From positions 201,883 through 265,882 of the forward strand of contig OZ007034.1 of NCBI GenBank assembly GCA_963931635.1: DNA of 64,000 nucleotides. The letters are read 5' to 3'. A program made the translations under genes and the position numbers. Position 1 is the first letter of the stretch, and every line of letters starts with the position of its first letter. Below the pieces are notes generated by a model that saw only the letters and a list, made by a program, of their open reading frames with translations, was not told the DNA's origin and searched no databases. This DNA is from an uncultured Bacteroides sp. (GTDB lineage Bacteria; Bacteroidota; Bacteroidia; Bacteroidales; UBA11471). Shown here one piece after another: positions 1 to 10,506 of the stretch.

Positions 1-261
1 TGGCGCAACCAAATAAAGGTGGTGGGGACCATCGCCAAAGGAAACCCGTGGAAACCTTTCGCTTCCATGGAGATTTTTGAAGGCATGAACAGCATGAACG
101 CCACCAAGACCGTAGGTATCGAACGCATACGTTATGAAGCGGGCACCACTTACGATATCTGCAAACTTATCACACTGGAAATGAAACTGCGTGCCGAACG
201 GCTCACCGTAAAGAAACAACTATACTCGTCGGTGGGTGTAGGCGTAAAATTCAATCTGTAA
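1..261 (+). CDS. C-terminal fragment of a hypothetical protein (gene begins upstream of the window)
   Basis: Frame 1 is open from base 1 and ends at TAA 259-261. I recognise no motif. The tail ...GVGVKFNL is only weakly reminiscent of a beta-barrel terminus. Confidence 0.35.
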   Translation, partial: WRNQIKVVGTIAKGNPWKPFASMEIFEGMNSMNATKTVGIERIRYEAGTTYDICKLITLEMKLRAERLTVKKQLYSSVGVGVKFNL

Positions 262-296
262 GCCCCGACACTCTGCCTGTCAAGAAAAAAGAACAG

Positions 297-1433
297 CTAC
301 TCATCGCCGACAAACAGAAGGTCGGCCATCACACCATCGGAGACAAACACCCCCCGACGGGTCAATTTCAGATGGCCGCCCGAGACATCGAGCAGGCCGT
401 TTTCGATATAACGGCGCGCCATGCGCAGACAATAGCGGCGGCGCTCTTCGCCGAAGTCGGCAGCCACGGCATCGAGGTCGAGCCCCCACATCGTGCGCAA
501 GGAGGTAATCACCCGGTCGTTGTAACGGGTATCGGCATCGAGAAACTCGGTATCGAAAATCGTCTTTCCCTGCTCCACCGAAGCGATGTAGTGTCGGAGG
601 TCGGGCGGATTGCTGCGACGGCACACCCCGTCGTAGCTGTGGGCCGAGGGTCCAAGACCGAGGTAAGGAATACCCTGCCAATAAGCGGTATTATGGCGGG
701 CAAACTCGCCAGGACGGGCAAAGTTGGAAATCTCGTAATGCTCATACCCTGCCGCGGCAAGCACATCGACCGTCGTCTCAAAGAGTTGCAGCGAGAGCGA
801 CTCGTCGCACTCCTGCACCAGCCCACAGTTGCGCATACGGTCGAGCGGAGTACCCTCTTCATATATCAAGTTGTAGGCCGAGATATGGGGCAGGTCGAGC
901 GCAACAGCCTGCTGCAAGTCATGTATCAGAGAAGCCGGCGTCTGCCCCGGAAGGCCGTAGATAAGGTCGATGCTGATGCGCGAAAAACCTGCCCGCCGCA
1001 AATGTGTCACGGCGTCGAGCGCTTGTGCCGCCGTATGACGGCGGCGCAGGAAACGCAAGTTTTCGTCGGAAAAGCTCTGTACCCCCATGCTCACCCGGTC
1101 GACGGGAAGAGCCGCCAGCACGGCGGCATAGGCCGGGGTGACATCGTCGGGATTGGCCTCGAAAGTTATCTCGCGGCAGCGGTCCATATCGATATCGGCC
1201 GAAAGCCCCTCAAAAAGCCTTTCCAGCAATCGGGGCGAAAGTTGCGAAGGAGTGCCTCCACCTATATAAATAGTATCGACAGGCTCGCCGGGCAATTCGC
1301 CGCGACGCAACCGCCACTCAGAGAGCAGGGCCTCGACATAACGGGCCTGACCCTCCTCCCCCACAGTAGAGTAGAAATCGCAGTAAATGCACCGTGTGCG
1401 ACAAAAAGGAATATGAAGATAAAGTCCGGCCAT
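297..1433 (-). CDS. hemW: Radical SAM HemN/HemW-family protein (heme chaperone / oxygen-independent coproporphyrinogen oxidase-like)
   Basis: MAGLYLHIPFCRTRCIYCDFYS contains the CxxxCxxC radical-SAM motif right after the ATG at 1433. The upstream 58 codons of the track ORF are low-complexity and lie in an AT-rich promoter region. Stop is TAG at 297-299. Confidence 0.85.
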   Translation of the reverse strand: MAGLYLHIPFCRTRCIYCDFYSTVGEEGQARYVEALLSEWRLRRGELPGEPVDTIYIGGGTPSQLSPRLLERLFEGLSADIDMDRCREITFEANPDDVTPAYAAVLAALPVDRVSMGVQSFSDENLRFLRRRHTAAQALDAVTHLRRAGFSRISIDLIYGLPGQTPASLIHDLQQAVALDLPHISAYNLIYEEGTPLDRMRNCGLVQECDESLSLQLFETTVDVLAAAGYEHYEISNFARPGEFARHNTAYWQGIPYLGLGPSAHSYDGVCRRSNPPDLRHYIASVEQGKTIFDTEFLDADTRYNDRVITSLRTMWGLDLDAVAADFGEERRRYCLRMARRYIENGLLDVSGGHLKLTRRGVFVSDGVMADLLFVGDE

Positions 1434-1632
1434 CAATAAAAGAAAACGACGGTAAAAGTAATAAAAATAAGGAATACCACGACCGGAGCCAAAAGAAGAA
1501 AAAGTTAAAAAACTGTTTTGTAACACATCGCGCAAATTGTTTTTGTAGATATTATTTTCTATTTTGCGCAATGTTATCGCAAAACGACGATACACGAAAA
1601 AACACATTTCTTACCTTTAAATCTGATATTCC

Positions 1633-3789
1633 ATGAAAGTGTATCAATCCAACGAAATCAAAAACATCGCCCTGTTGGGCAGCAAAGGTTCGGGAAAGAC
1701 CACACTCGCTGAGGCCATGCTCTACGAGTGTGGGGTTATAAAACGCAGAGGTTCTGTCGAGGCACAGAACACGGTTACCGACTATTTCCCGGTAGAGAAA
1801 GAGTATGGATACTCGGTTTTCTCTACCGTTTTTTATGCAGAGTTCCTGAACAAGAAACTCAATGTCATCGACTGTCCGGGAGCCGACGACTTCATCGGCA
1901 GCGCCCTCACGGCCATGAATGTTACCGACACGAGCGTCATTGTCATAGACTCACAATACGGCGTGGAGGTAGGTACACAGAATATCTTCCGGTATACCGA
2001 GGAGATGCACAAACCGGTCATCTTTGCCATGAACCAGCTCGACGGCGAAAAGGCCGATTATGATACTGTCATCGAACAGCTCAAAGAAGACTTCGGCAGC
2101 AAAGTCGTGCCGATACAATACCCCATCGTCTGTGGCCCCAACTTCAATGCCATGATCGATGTTCTGCTCATGAAAATGTACAGTTGGGGACCCGAAGGCG
2201 GTACCCCGACCATCACCGATATACCCGCCGACCAGAAGGAAAAAGCCCTCGAACTGCACAAACAACTGGTCGAAGCGGCCGCCGAAAACGACGAAGCCCT
2301 GATGGAGAAATTCTTCGACAAGGGCACTCTCACCGAAGACGAAATGCGCGAGGGCATACGCAAAGGTCTCATCACCCGCGACATCTTCCCCGTATTCTGC
2401 GTGAGCGCACTGCGCGACATGGGCGTGCGCCGTATGATGGAATTCCTGGGTAACGTCGTACCGTTCGTAACCGACATGCCCAAACCCGTCTCGCACGACG
2501 GTACCGAGGTAGCCCCCGATCCCAATGGACCCACCAGCCTCTACTTCTTCAAGACAACGGTCGAGCCCCACATCGGCGAGGTATCATACTTCAAGGTAAT
2601 GTCGGGCAAAGTGCATGAAGGCGACGACCTGCAAAACATGAACCGCGGCAGCAAGGAACGCATTGCCCAGCTCAATTGCGTGTGCGGACAAATACGCACC
2701 AAGGTCGACGAACTCGTGGCCGGCGACATAGGCGCTACGGTAAAACTGAAAGATGTACGCACCGGAAACACGCTGAACGAGAAGGGCTGTGAATACACCT
2801 TCGACCTGATGAAATTCCCCAACTCGAAGATACAACGGGCCATCAAACCTGTGAACGAGGCCGATGCCGAAAAACTGAACGAGATACTGGTGCGCATGCA
2901 CGAAGAAGACCCGACATGGATTGTCGAACAGTCGAAAGAGTTGAAGCAGACCATCGTCTCGGGACAAGGCGAGTTCCACCTGCGCACCCTCAAATGGCGC
3001 ATCGAGAACAACGAAAAACTCATGGTTGAATTCCAGGAACCCCGCATACCCTATCGCGAAACCATCACCAAAGCCGCCCGTGCCGACTACCGGCACAAGA
3101 AACAGTCGGGAGGCGCCGGACAGTTTGGCGAGGTACACCTCATCATCGAGCCCTACTATGAAGGAATGCCGGCCCCCGAAAGCTACAAGTTTGGCAACCA
3201 GGAGTTCAAGATGAATGTGCGCGACACACAGACCATCGACCTCGACTGGGGTGGAAAACTGGTATTTGTAAACTGTATCGTGGGTGGTGCCATCGACGCA
3301 CGCTTCCTGCCCGCCATACTCAAAGGTCTGATGGACCGCATGGAACAAGGCCCGCTCACCGGCTCGTATGCCCGCGACGTGCGTGTATGCGTATACGATG
3401 GAAAGATGCACCCCGTCGACTCAAACGAAATCTCGTTCCGCCTGGCCGGACGTAACGCATTCAGCGAAGCCTTCAAAAACGCCGGACCGAAGATTCTCGA
3501 ACCCGTTTACGATGTCGAAGTGCTCGTGCCGTCGGACAAGATGGGCGACGTCATGAGCGACCTGCAAGGCCGGCGCGCCATCATCATGGGTATGGAGAGT
3601 GTCAAAGGATTTGAAAAAATCATGGCCAAAGTTCCGTTGAAAGAGATGTCGACCTACTCAACGGCCCTGAGTTCCATTACCGGCGGACGCTCATCGTTCA
3701 GCATGAAGTTCTCCTCCTACGAACTCGTTCCCGGCGATATCCAGGAGAAACTGCTCAAAGAGTACGAAGCCACACAGACCGACGAATAA
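1633..3789 (+). CDS. Elongation factor G family translational GTPase (EF-G paralog, 718 aa)
   Basis: G1 motif GSKGSGKTT and G3 motif DCPGADDF are present. Length and domain order are EF-G-like across the whole ORF. Confidence 0.85.
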   Translation: MKVYQSNEIKNIALLGSKGSGKTTLAEAMLYECGVIKRRGSVEAQNTVTDYFPVEKEYGYSVFSTVFYAEFLNKKLNVIDCPGADDFIGSALTAMNVTDTSVIVIDSQYGVEVGTQNIFRYTEEMHKPVIFAMNQLDGEKADYDTVIEQLKEDFGSKVVPIQYPIVCGPNFNAMIDVLLMKMYSWGPEGGTPTITDIPADQKEKALELHKQLVEAAAENDEALMEKFFDKGTLTEDEMREGIRKGLITRDIFPVFCVSALRDMGVRRMMEFLGNVVPFVTDMPKPVSHDGTEVAPDPNGPTSLYFFKTTVEPHIGEVSYFKVMSGKVHEGDDLQNMNRGSKERIAQLNCVCGQIRTKVDELVAGDIGATVKLKDVRTGNTLNEKGCEYTFDLMKFPNSKIQRAIKPVNEADAEKLNEILVRMHEEDPTWIVEQSKELKQTIVSGQGEFHLRTLKWRIENNEKLMVEFQEPRIPYRETITKAARADYRHKKQSGGAGQFGEVHLIIEPYYEGMPAPESYKFGNQEFKMNVRDTQTIDLDWGGKLVFVNCIVGGAIDARFLPAILKGLMDRMEQGPLTGSYARDVRVCVYDGKMHPVDSNEISFRLAGRNAFSEAFKNAGPKILEPVYDVEVLVPSDKMGDVMSDLQGRRAIIMGMESVKGFEKIMAKVPLKEMSTYSTALSSITGGRSSFSMKFSSYELVPGDIQEKLLKEYEATQTDE

Positions 3790-3853
3790 TATACCCCACC
3801 CGACTATCGGGCTTTTATAGCACACCTAACAGCCCGATTAGTTAAATTAATAC

Positions 3854-3886
3854 AAAAGCCGTCTTTTTTTGAGACGGCTTTTTGTT
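3854..3886 (+). terminator. Rho-independent terminator after the EF-G paralog
   Basis: An 11-bp stem AAAAGCCGTCT / AGACGGCTTTT with a 7-nt loop runs into a T tract. Confidence 0.6.
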
Positions 3887-4086
3887 ATTAAACAGTTATT
3901 TGTTAATTTAGCACCGAATTGTTAAACGATAGACTAACTAAAATGAGAGTTGTTTTGTTAAACAAAAAGGCCTTTTAGATTGTTTATCAGTAAAAATAAT
4001 GAAAAAGCGACTACTTTTCTAAAAATTCCAACAGAAAAAAAATTTCTAAAAAAGAGTCGCTCGCCGTGAAAGGCAAATATTAGAGT

Positions 4087-5613
4087 ATGAAAAAATCCAC
4101 GATCTGGCTATTGGCAATCATCATGGCTCTCACCTTCACCAGCCTGCTCTTTATGCAGATTACCTACATAGAGAATATGGTGAAAATGCGCAACGAGCAA
4201 TTTTCCGAAGCTGTAAAACGCAGCCTCTACGCCGTATCGTCGCAACTCGAACAAGACGAGACCAAACGTTACCTTGCCGAAGACATCGAAGAAAACCAGA
4301 AACGTCTGCTTTCTATCGAACGGGGCGGCCGCTCGGTAACTCAACAATGGTCTATTGTCTCACCCGACGGTTCGATAAGCACCCTCAATGTTCAAGAATT
4401 CACATTCTCCCTGCCCGAGAAAGTAACTGTACCCAAAGCCAACACCGGGAGTTCCATTACCGATACCTACAAGGATATGCAGGAGGTGCTGAAAAACCAG
4501 TATCTCTACCAAAAAGGGCTACTCGAAAATGTCATACTCAACATACTTGCTACGGCCAGCAACCAACCCATATTGGAACGTGTTGACACGGAGCAGTTGT
4601 CGAACTACCTGAAAGCCGAGTTGCGTAACAACGGACTGAACATTCCGTTTCAATATGCCATATACAACCCGAAAAACCGGATAGTATATAAAAGTTCGGA
4701 ATACAATGCCGAAGAAAAAGCAACCAAATATTCAATAACTCTTTTTCCCAACGATCCGTCGAAACGGCAGAACCAGCTGAGAGTTTATTTCCCGACCAAA
4801 AAAGATTATATCTTTTCGTCGGTACGTTTCAGTATTCCCTCGTTCACCTTCACCCTCGTATTGCTGATAACGTTCATCTTCACCATTGTCAAACTTTTCC
4901 GACAAAAGAAACTGACCGAGATGAAGAACGACTTCGTCAACAATATGACACACGAATTCAAAACCCCCATATCGACCATATCTTTGGCCGCACAAATGCT
5001 GAAAGACCCGGCCGTGTCGAAAAGTCCCGAAATGTTCAACCACATATCGACGGTCATCAACGACGAGACCAAGCGGTTGCGATTCCAGGTAGAAAAAGTG
5101 CTGCAAATGTCGATGTTTGAACGGCAGAAAACGATGATGAAACTCTCCATCGTCGACATCAACGACCTGATTGCCGGTGTACTGAGCACATTCAAACTCA
5201 AAGTCGAACAGTTTGGCGGCACCATCGACGCCGAACTCGACGCCGAAGACGCCTTGGTCGAAGTCGACGAGATGCACTTTACCAATGTCATCTTCAACCT
5301 GCTCGACAATGCCGTCAAGTATGCCCGCGAAGGAGTACCCCTGCAACTGATGGTAAGAACCGCCATCGAAGGTAACAAGGTCGTTATCTCGGTCCAAGAC
5401 AACGGCATCGGCATCAAAAAGGAAGACTTGAAAAAGATTTTCGAGAAATTCTACCGTGTATCAACAGGTAATGTACATAATGTCAAGGGATTCGGTCTCG
5501 GACTGGCCTATGTACACAAAATCGTTACCGACTTGAAAGGCTCCATACGAGCCGAGAGCGAACTGAATCATGGAACAACATTTATTATAACACTACCCCT
5601 AAAAAACAAATGA
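4087..5613 (+). CDS. Sensor histidine kinase (membrane-bound, HisKA + HATPase_c)
   Basis: There is an N-terminal TM helix and a second TM near aa 250. The H-box is HEFKTPISTI, the N-box NLLDNAVKY, and the G-boxes DNGIGI and GFGLGLAYV. The TGA stop overlaps the next ATG (ATGA at 5610-5613). Confidence 0.85.
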   Translation: MKKSTIWLLAIIMALTFTSLLFMQITYIENMVKMRNEQFSEAVKRSLYAVSSQLEQDETKRYLAEDIEENQKRLLSIERGGRSVTQQWSIVSPDGSISTLNVQEFTFSLPEKVTVPKANTGSSITDTYKDMQEVLKNQYLYQKGLLENVILNILATASNQPILERVDTEQLSNYLKAELRNNGLNIPFQYAIYNPKNRIVYKSSEYNAEEKATKYSITLFPNDPSKRQNQLRVYFPTKKDYIFSSVRFSIPSFTFTLVLLITFIFTIVKLFRQKKLTEMKNDFVNNMTHEFKTPISTISLAAQMLKDPAVSKSPEMFNHISTVINDETKRLRFQVEKVLQMSMFERQKTMMKLSIVDINDLIAGVLSTFKLKVEQFGGTIDAELDAEDALVEVDEMHFTNVIFNLLDNAVKYAREGVPLQLMVRTAIEGNKVVISVQDNGIGIKKEDLKKIFEKFYRVSTGNVHNVKGFGLGLAYVHKIVTDLKGSIRAESELNHGTTFIITLPLKNK

Positions 5614-6326
5614 TTATGGAAGAAAAGTTGCGTATCTTACTTTGCGAAGACGATGAAAATCTCGGTATGCTGCTGAGAGAATTTTTGCAGGCAAAAGGCT
5701 ATGCTGCCGACCTTTTCTCCGACGGAGAGAGCGGTTACAAGGCTTTTTTGAAAGGGAAATACGACTTATGCGTGCTCGATGTGATGATGCCCAAAAAAGA
5801 CGGATTTACACTGGCCCAGGAAATACGCACCGTAAATGGCGAAGTACCTATTATTTTCTTGACAGCCAAGTCTCTGAAAGAAGATATTCTCGAAGGATTT
5901 AAAATCGGAGCCGACGACTACATCACCAAACCGTTCAGCATGGAAGAGCTGGTACACTAGATCGCGTGTTTTCTGCGTCGGGTCAAGGGAAAACGCGGAA
6001 AAGAGGTGACCATGTACAAAATCGGACAGTTCACGTTTGATACCCAGAAGCAGGTTCTCTCCATCGGCGAAAAAAACACCAAACTCACCACCAAGGAATC
6101 GGAACTGTTGAGCCTCCTCTGTGCGCACGTCAATGAAATTCTGGAAAGGAACTTTGCCTTGAAAACCATCTGGATTGACGACAACTATTTCAATGCCCGC
6201 AGCATGGACGTCTACATCACCAAGTTGCGCAAGCACCTTAAAGACGATCCCTCCATCGAAATCATCAATATTCACGGGAAAGGGTACAAACTCATCGCTC
6301 CCGAGATTGAAGTGAAAACGAAATAA
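5610..6326 (+). pseudogene. OmpR/PhoB-family response regulator interrupted by a single in-frame TAG (5958-5960)
   Basis: The receiver domain (5610-5957) and the winged-helix DNA-binding domain (to 6326) are in the same frame. The read-through sequence ...SMEELVH*IACFLRRVKGKRGKEVTMYKIGQFTFD is a normal receiver-linker-wHTH junction. Confidence 0.75.
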
Positions 6327-6389
6327 TATCTCACCTCACACGCTATTCATAGTCAAGGCGGCTTCCAACAAGAAGCCGCCTTGACTCAT

Positions 6390-7301
6390 TTATGACTTCT
6401 TGGCTCGCGTTTTGTAATCACGGTACAACTCACGTATGATACCATCGGCAAGGCCCAACTTGGGCACAACCACCGTCTCAGCCCCTGTTATGCGCAAAGC
6501 CGTCGTAAATATGGAGAGAGCGGGTACTATGACGTCGGCCCGGTTGGCATTGAGCTCCATCTCCTCCATACGCTGCGCCACCGACATCTTGCACAGGCGG
6601 GTGTAAAGAGCATAAAGCTCCTTGGCCTTTATCGCATCTTTGGGTTTCTTGTCGAGCAGACGGTGGGCTTTGTTGATATTACCGCCGGAGCCGATAATGG
6701 CCGATGGGTGATAGAGGTCGGCCTTTTCTTTCAGCCAGGCCGAAAAGAGCTCCTCCTCTGTCGAAGAAACAGCACCGCTAATATAACGAACGGTACCCAA
6801 ACGGAAAGAGCGGGCTTCAACTTCACGACTATCGGCATAAACAACCACCTCGGTCGAACCTCCTCCCACATCGATATAAAAATAAGATTTGGCCTTGTCT
6901 AGAACTTTTTCAAGACCACCAGCCTCATATATGGTGCGGGCCTCGGTATTGCCGTCAACAATATCAATATCGATACCACATTCCCGGGCTATCGTATCGG
7001 CCACCTCACGACCGTTTGCGGCTTCACGCATGGCACTGGTCGCATAGGCTTTGTAGGCGTCGATATCGAAAGTGCGGAATAGGGCGGCAAAAGCCGACAT
7101 GGCATGAACCAAGGCCGACGTTTTCTCGGTCGTGATATACCCTTTATCAAAAACATCTTCGCCCAAACGTATGGGGACCCGCACAAAAGCGGCTTTCTTG
7201 AATTCGGGCGTACGATACTCCTCGACATAGTCAATGAGTAACCGTATGGCATTGGATCCAATGTCTATGGCACCGAAAGTAAATCGGTTTGTTTCCTGCA
7301 T
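6390..7301 (-). CDS. ppx: Ppx/GppA-family exopolyphosphatase
   Basis: ASKHA-fold phosphatase motifs FGAIDIGSNAIRLLI and IDVGGGSTEVV are present. I prefer the ATG at 7301 over the GTG at 7337. Confidence 0.8.
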   Translation of the reverse strand: MQETNRFTFGAIDIGSNAIRLLIDYVEEYRTPEFKKAAFVRVPIRLGEDVFDKGYITTEKTSALVHAMSAFAALFRTFDIDAYKAYATSAMREAANGREVADTIARECGIDIDIVDGNTEARTIYEAGGLEKVLDKAKSYFYIDVGGGSTEVVVYADSREVEARSFRLGTVRYISGAVSSTEEELFSAWLKEKADLYHPSAIIGSGGNINKAHRLLDKKPKDAIKAKELYALYTRLCKMSVAQRMEEMELNANRADVIVPALSIFTTALRITGAETVVVPKLGLADGIIRELYRDYKTRAKKS

Positions 7302-7353
7302 AATTTTCTTCGTTATAGTGTTTCTTATCTCTCCCACAATTTCTCTGGAATAG

Positions 7354-9419
7354 CTATTCCTTGTAATTGGAGGAGGTCCCGTAATAGTCGTACAGAGCCG
7401 TCTGGCTGCGCAGAGGCATCGCTCCCGGCAGAGGCTTCACATAAGTATTCTGCTTGCCAGCATCAAGCAACCGTGCTTTGACCGTGTCGTGCCACTGTAT
7501 GTCGAAGACCTCTCTTGCCGTTTTACGAATGGCTTTATCGTAGAGGGGTACACACACCTCGACACGACGGTCGAGATTTCGGGCCATCCAATCGGCACTT
7601 CCGGTATAAATCGATTCATTGCCTCCGTTACCAAAGATATAGAGGCGAGCATGTTCGAGATATTTGTCTACAATACTTATTGCCCGAATATTCCGGCTCA
7701 TCTCCTCGACCTGGGGCAACAGCAACAGGCACCGCGCACAATGAGACGCACCTCGACACCGGCACGGTCGGCCTCATAGAGCTTTTCTATAACGCCTACA
7801 TCGGTAAGAGAGTTGCATTTGGCATAAATATAAGCCTTCTCTCCTTTGCGGGCCAGACTTATTTCATTGTCGATTTTGTCATAGAAGGCTTGACGCATAT
7901 AATAAGGAGATACCAGCAGATGCTTGAATGTAAACTGCTTATGACTGTTCGACAGAAATTGGAACACATTGTACACGTCTTGCGTTATCTCATTGTGGGC
8001 GGTGAACAGACCGAAATCGGAATATATCAGGGCGGTATTTTCATTGAAATTACCGGTACCCGATATAGGCATAACGTTTGAGCCCGCGGCGTTCCCGACG
8101 CTCTACAAGCACCACCTTGCTGTGTACTTTAAGGTCTTCCATGGTGTGGAGAATCTTCACCCCTTCGCGTTGCAGCAGGTCGGTATTCTCCATGTTCTGT
8201 TCTTCGTCAAAGCGGGCTTTGAGTTCGAGCATGGCATAGACTTTCTTGCCATTCTTCACGGCATTGACCAGAGCGTTTATCACCTTGGAATGTTCGGCTG
8301 TGCGGTACAGAGTGATATAGATACTCTCCACCCGCGGGTCAATGGCCGCTTCACGCAGGAAATCGATAAAGTGCTGAAATGTGTGATAGGGATAGTTCAA
8401 GAAAATATCTCGCTGGGCAATGACCTCGAGGATACTCGAAAACAACGATATGGAGGGGTGCTGTATGGGTTTCTGAGAGGCATAGAGAAGGTCGGGGCGC
8501 ACCTTGGGGAACTTCATGAGATCTTTCATCATGTGATAGCGTTCACCGGGAGCCAACATCTCGGCATTGTCTAGGCCAAGTTTCCCTGCCAGAATTTCGA
8601 CCATGTCGGCTGGCATGTCCCGGTCGTATATCATGCGTATGGGTAGGCCGTAACGACGATTGGATACTCCTTCGGAGATGCGTTCGAAAAGGCTCTTCGA
8701 CACATCTTCGTCGTAGGTAAGCTCGGCATCACGCATAATCTTGAACGTGTATGCACCTATTTCGTCGTACGAGAACATGAAGAAGATGTGGTCTATCATC
8801 AGACGTATGATATCGTCGGTAAAAATAATGTCGTGGCGGCCTGCGGCCGACGGCAGAACGACAAAACGCGGACAGGCCGAACTGGTGGGTATGCGCACAA
8901 TGGCATAGCGTGGTGAGTTCTTGCCCGAGTGCGACATCTTGACCCCGAGATAACTGTTACCATCGGGGAGAAACGGCAACTTGACCGATTTGCGTATAAT
9001 CAACGGTACCAGCCGGGGGAGATGATTTGGGCATAATAGTCTCGACAAAACTCCTTCTGCTCCTCATTCAGGTTTTTCTCGTTGACAACAAAGATGTTTT
9101 CTCGCTCCATCTGTTCCAACACCGACTGATACGTAGCCGAAAAATGTTCTTGAAGCAGGGCTATCTTCTCGTTCAACTCTTCAAGGAGAGACTCGGGCGT
9201 ATAGTCGCCGGTAAGAAGTTTTCCCGAATTTTTACGGGAACGGCAAAGCCGCATGATATTGGCAACCCGCACCTTGAAAAATTCGTCCTGATTGTTTGAA
9301 AAAATACCGAGAAACTGCAACCGCTGCATCAGAGGAACATTGGGATCACAGGCTTCCTGTAAAACCCGTTCATTGAATTGCAACCAACTGATCTCCCGGT
9401 TTATGAATTTATAGTTCAT
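7354..9419 (-). pseudogene. ppk1: Polyphosphate kinase 1, broken into four ORFs by three frameshifts
   Basis: ORFs 9419-9000, 9048-8050, 8072-7698 and 7725-7354 together give a collinear ~688-aa PPK1. The N-terminus is MNYKFINREISWLQFNERVLQEA; GTGNFNE and GSADWMARNLDRRVEV lie further in. The shifts map to about 9015-9022 (C5 run), 8060-8064 (extra G in GGG) and 7715-7722. Confidence 0.8.
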
Positions 9420-10506
9420 GATGTTTGTGTATTAACTGGTCGACAAACGCGGTTTCACTCATGTCCAACCACTTGCGATACAAAAATGTCTCATCGGAGT
9501 GAGACCGACCAAGGTAGTCTACAAAACGGCTCAGGTCGAACCTATCAGAGACAATGGCCATGTCAGAGGTGGCAGCATCGGCAGCGTTGATTTGTTGCTC
9601 TATGTGTGCCGGGATAAGCATCATGGGCTTGTCGTAAAACAAGGCTTCGCACACCGATTCAAATCCTGCCGTCGTTACATACCCGTTGCATCGACGCATT
9701 AAAGATAAGAAAAGTTTGTCATTTACACGGTGAAAGGTAAGATTTCTTTCGGCTTTCCATGTCTCGGGATACTCTTTGTTGTCCCAAAAGACATGCAGCT
9801 CTCTGTCGGGGTGAGCGCGGCTCCATGTTCTAATCTGCTCGGAAAAGGCGTTATTAACAATGTATCCGAGGATAAAGTTTTCTCGCGAACACTCCTTGTT
9901 CTGCAACACCTCCTTACGCAGAAGTGGAGGCACTATGGTTATATGCCGACTATCGTCGTTGACCATCGGGTAGAACGACAAGGCCAGCAATCGCCGACAC
10001 CCCACCGCACTCATACGCACGTGCTGCCTGAGCAGCCATGCACTCAACCCGCGACGAGCGGCCTGGCGGTAGCCCCGATGCAGCATGAGATATTGATGTC
10101 CCACGCCCACCATATCGACCGGTAGACGGAAACATTTCACGGCCAGTCCCGAAAGCATTTCGTAGAAATTGACCACTTCGTCGGGGCGATACTGCAAGAT
10201 TTGCGTCCGTATGAAACAAATACTGCGCACATAGGCCTCGACACGCCTCGGAGCCATATTGGCTACTACCGTCTGCACCAGATTGACATGGGTCTTACCG
10301 GCTTTGAAACTGAACTGCGGGGCTTCAAAGGTATCAACCGGTGCGCCAATTTCACGCAGAAAAAATTCCGGTATCTGACGGTGAAGGGTGCGACCCACCA
10401 AGACTTTTACGACCTCATGCCCCTGTCGGCGCAATATAGAGGCCAACGAAAGGGCCTGGGTAAGATGGCCCCGCCCCTCTCCTTGTACGATAAACAGGTA
10501 ACGCAT
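9409..10506 (-). CDS. GT-B fold glycosyltransferase (GT28/MGT-like)
   Basis: The N-terminus MRYLFIVQGEGRGHLTQALSLA (G-rich loop) is typical of this fold, and the C-terminal half is nucleotide-sugar-binding-like. The ATG at 10506 overlaps the upstream stop (ATGA). Confidence 0.65.
   Translation of the reverse strand: MRYLFIVQGEGRGHLTQALSLASILRRQGHEVVKVLVGRTLHRQIPEFFLREIGAPVDTFEAPQFSFKAGKTHVNLVQTVVANMAPRRVEAYVRSICFIRTQILQYRPDEVVNFYEMLSGLAVKCFRLPVDMVGVGHQYLMLHRGYRQAARRGLSAWLLRQHVRMSAVGCRRLLALSFYPMVNDDSRHITIVPPLLRKEVLQNKECSRENFILGYIVNNAFSEQIRTWSRAHPDRELHVFWDNKEYPETWKAERNLTFHRVNDKLFLSLMRRCNGYVTTAGFESVCEALFYDKPMMLIPAHIEQQINAADAATSDMAIVSDRFDLSRFVDYLGRSHSDETFLYRKWLDMSETAFVDQLIHKHHEL

Noticed and set aside
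372-1439. A 355-aa ORF antisense to hemW. Similar long antisense or out-of-frame ORFs overlap GC-rich genes elsewhere (e.g. 1951-2571, 2584-3411, 30123-30869, 35844-36677, 51586-52359, 56313-57308, 57797-58726, 59295-60158, 60497-61075).
   Set aside because: Each lies entirely inside a gene with strong family motifs on the other strand or frame. Their translations are Arg/Gly/Val/His-rich and low in information, as expected for stop-poor alternative frames of GC-rich coding DNA.
5958-5960. Possibility that the in-frame TAG reflects stop-codon reassignment or programmed read-through.
   Set aside because: TAG is used as an ordinary terminator elsewhere in the window, for example at the hemW stop (297-299) and the 37837-39321 gene stop (39319-39321). 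A simple nonsense mutation or a consensus error is more parsimonious.
7354-9419. Programmed ribosomal frameshifting as the explanation for the split ppk1.
   Set aside because: Three separate shifts of differing sign occur without slippery heptamers or downstream structures. PPK1 is not known to use recoding. Pseudogenisation or sequencing error are the realistic options.
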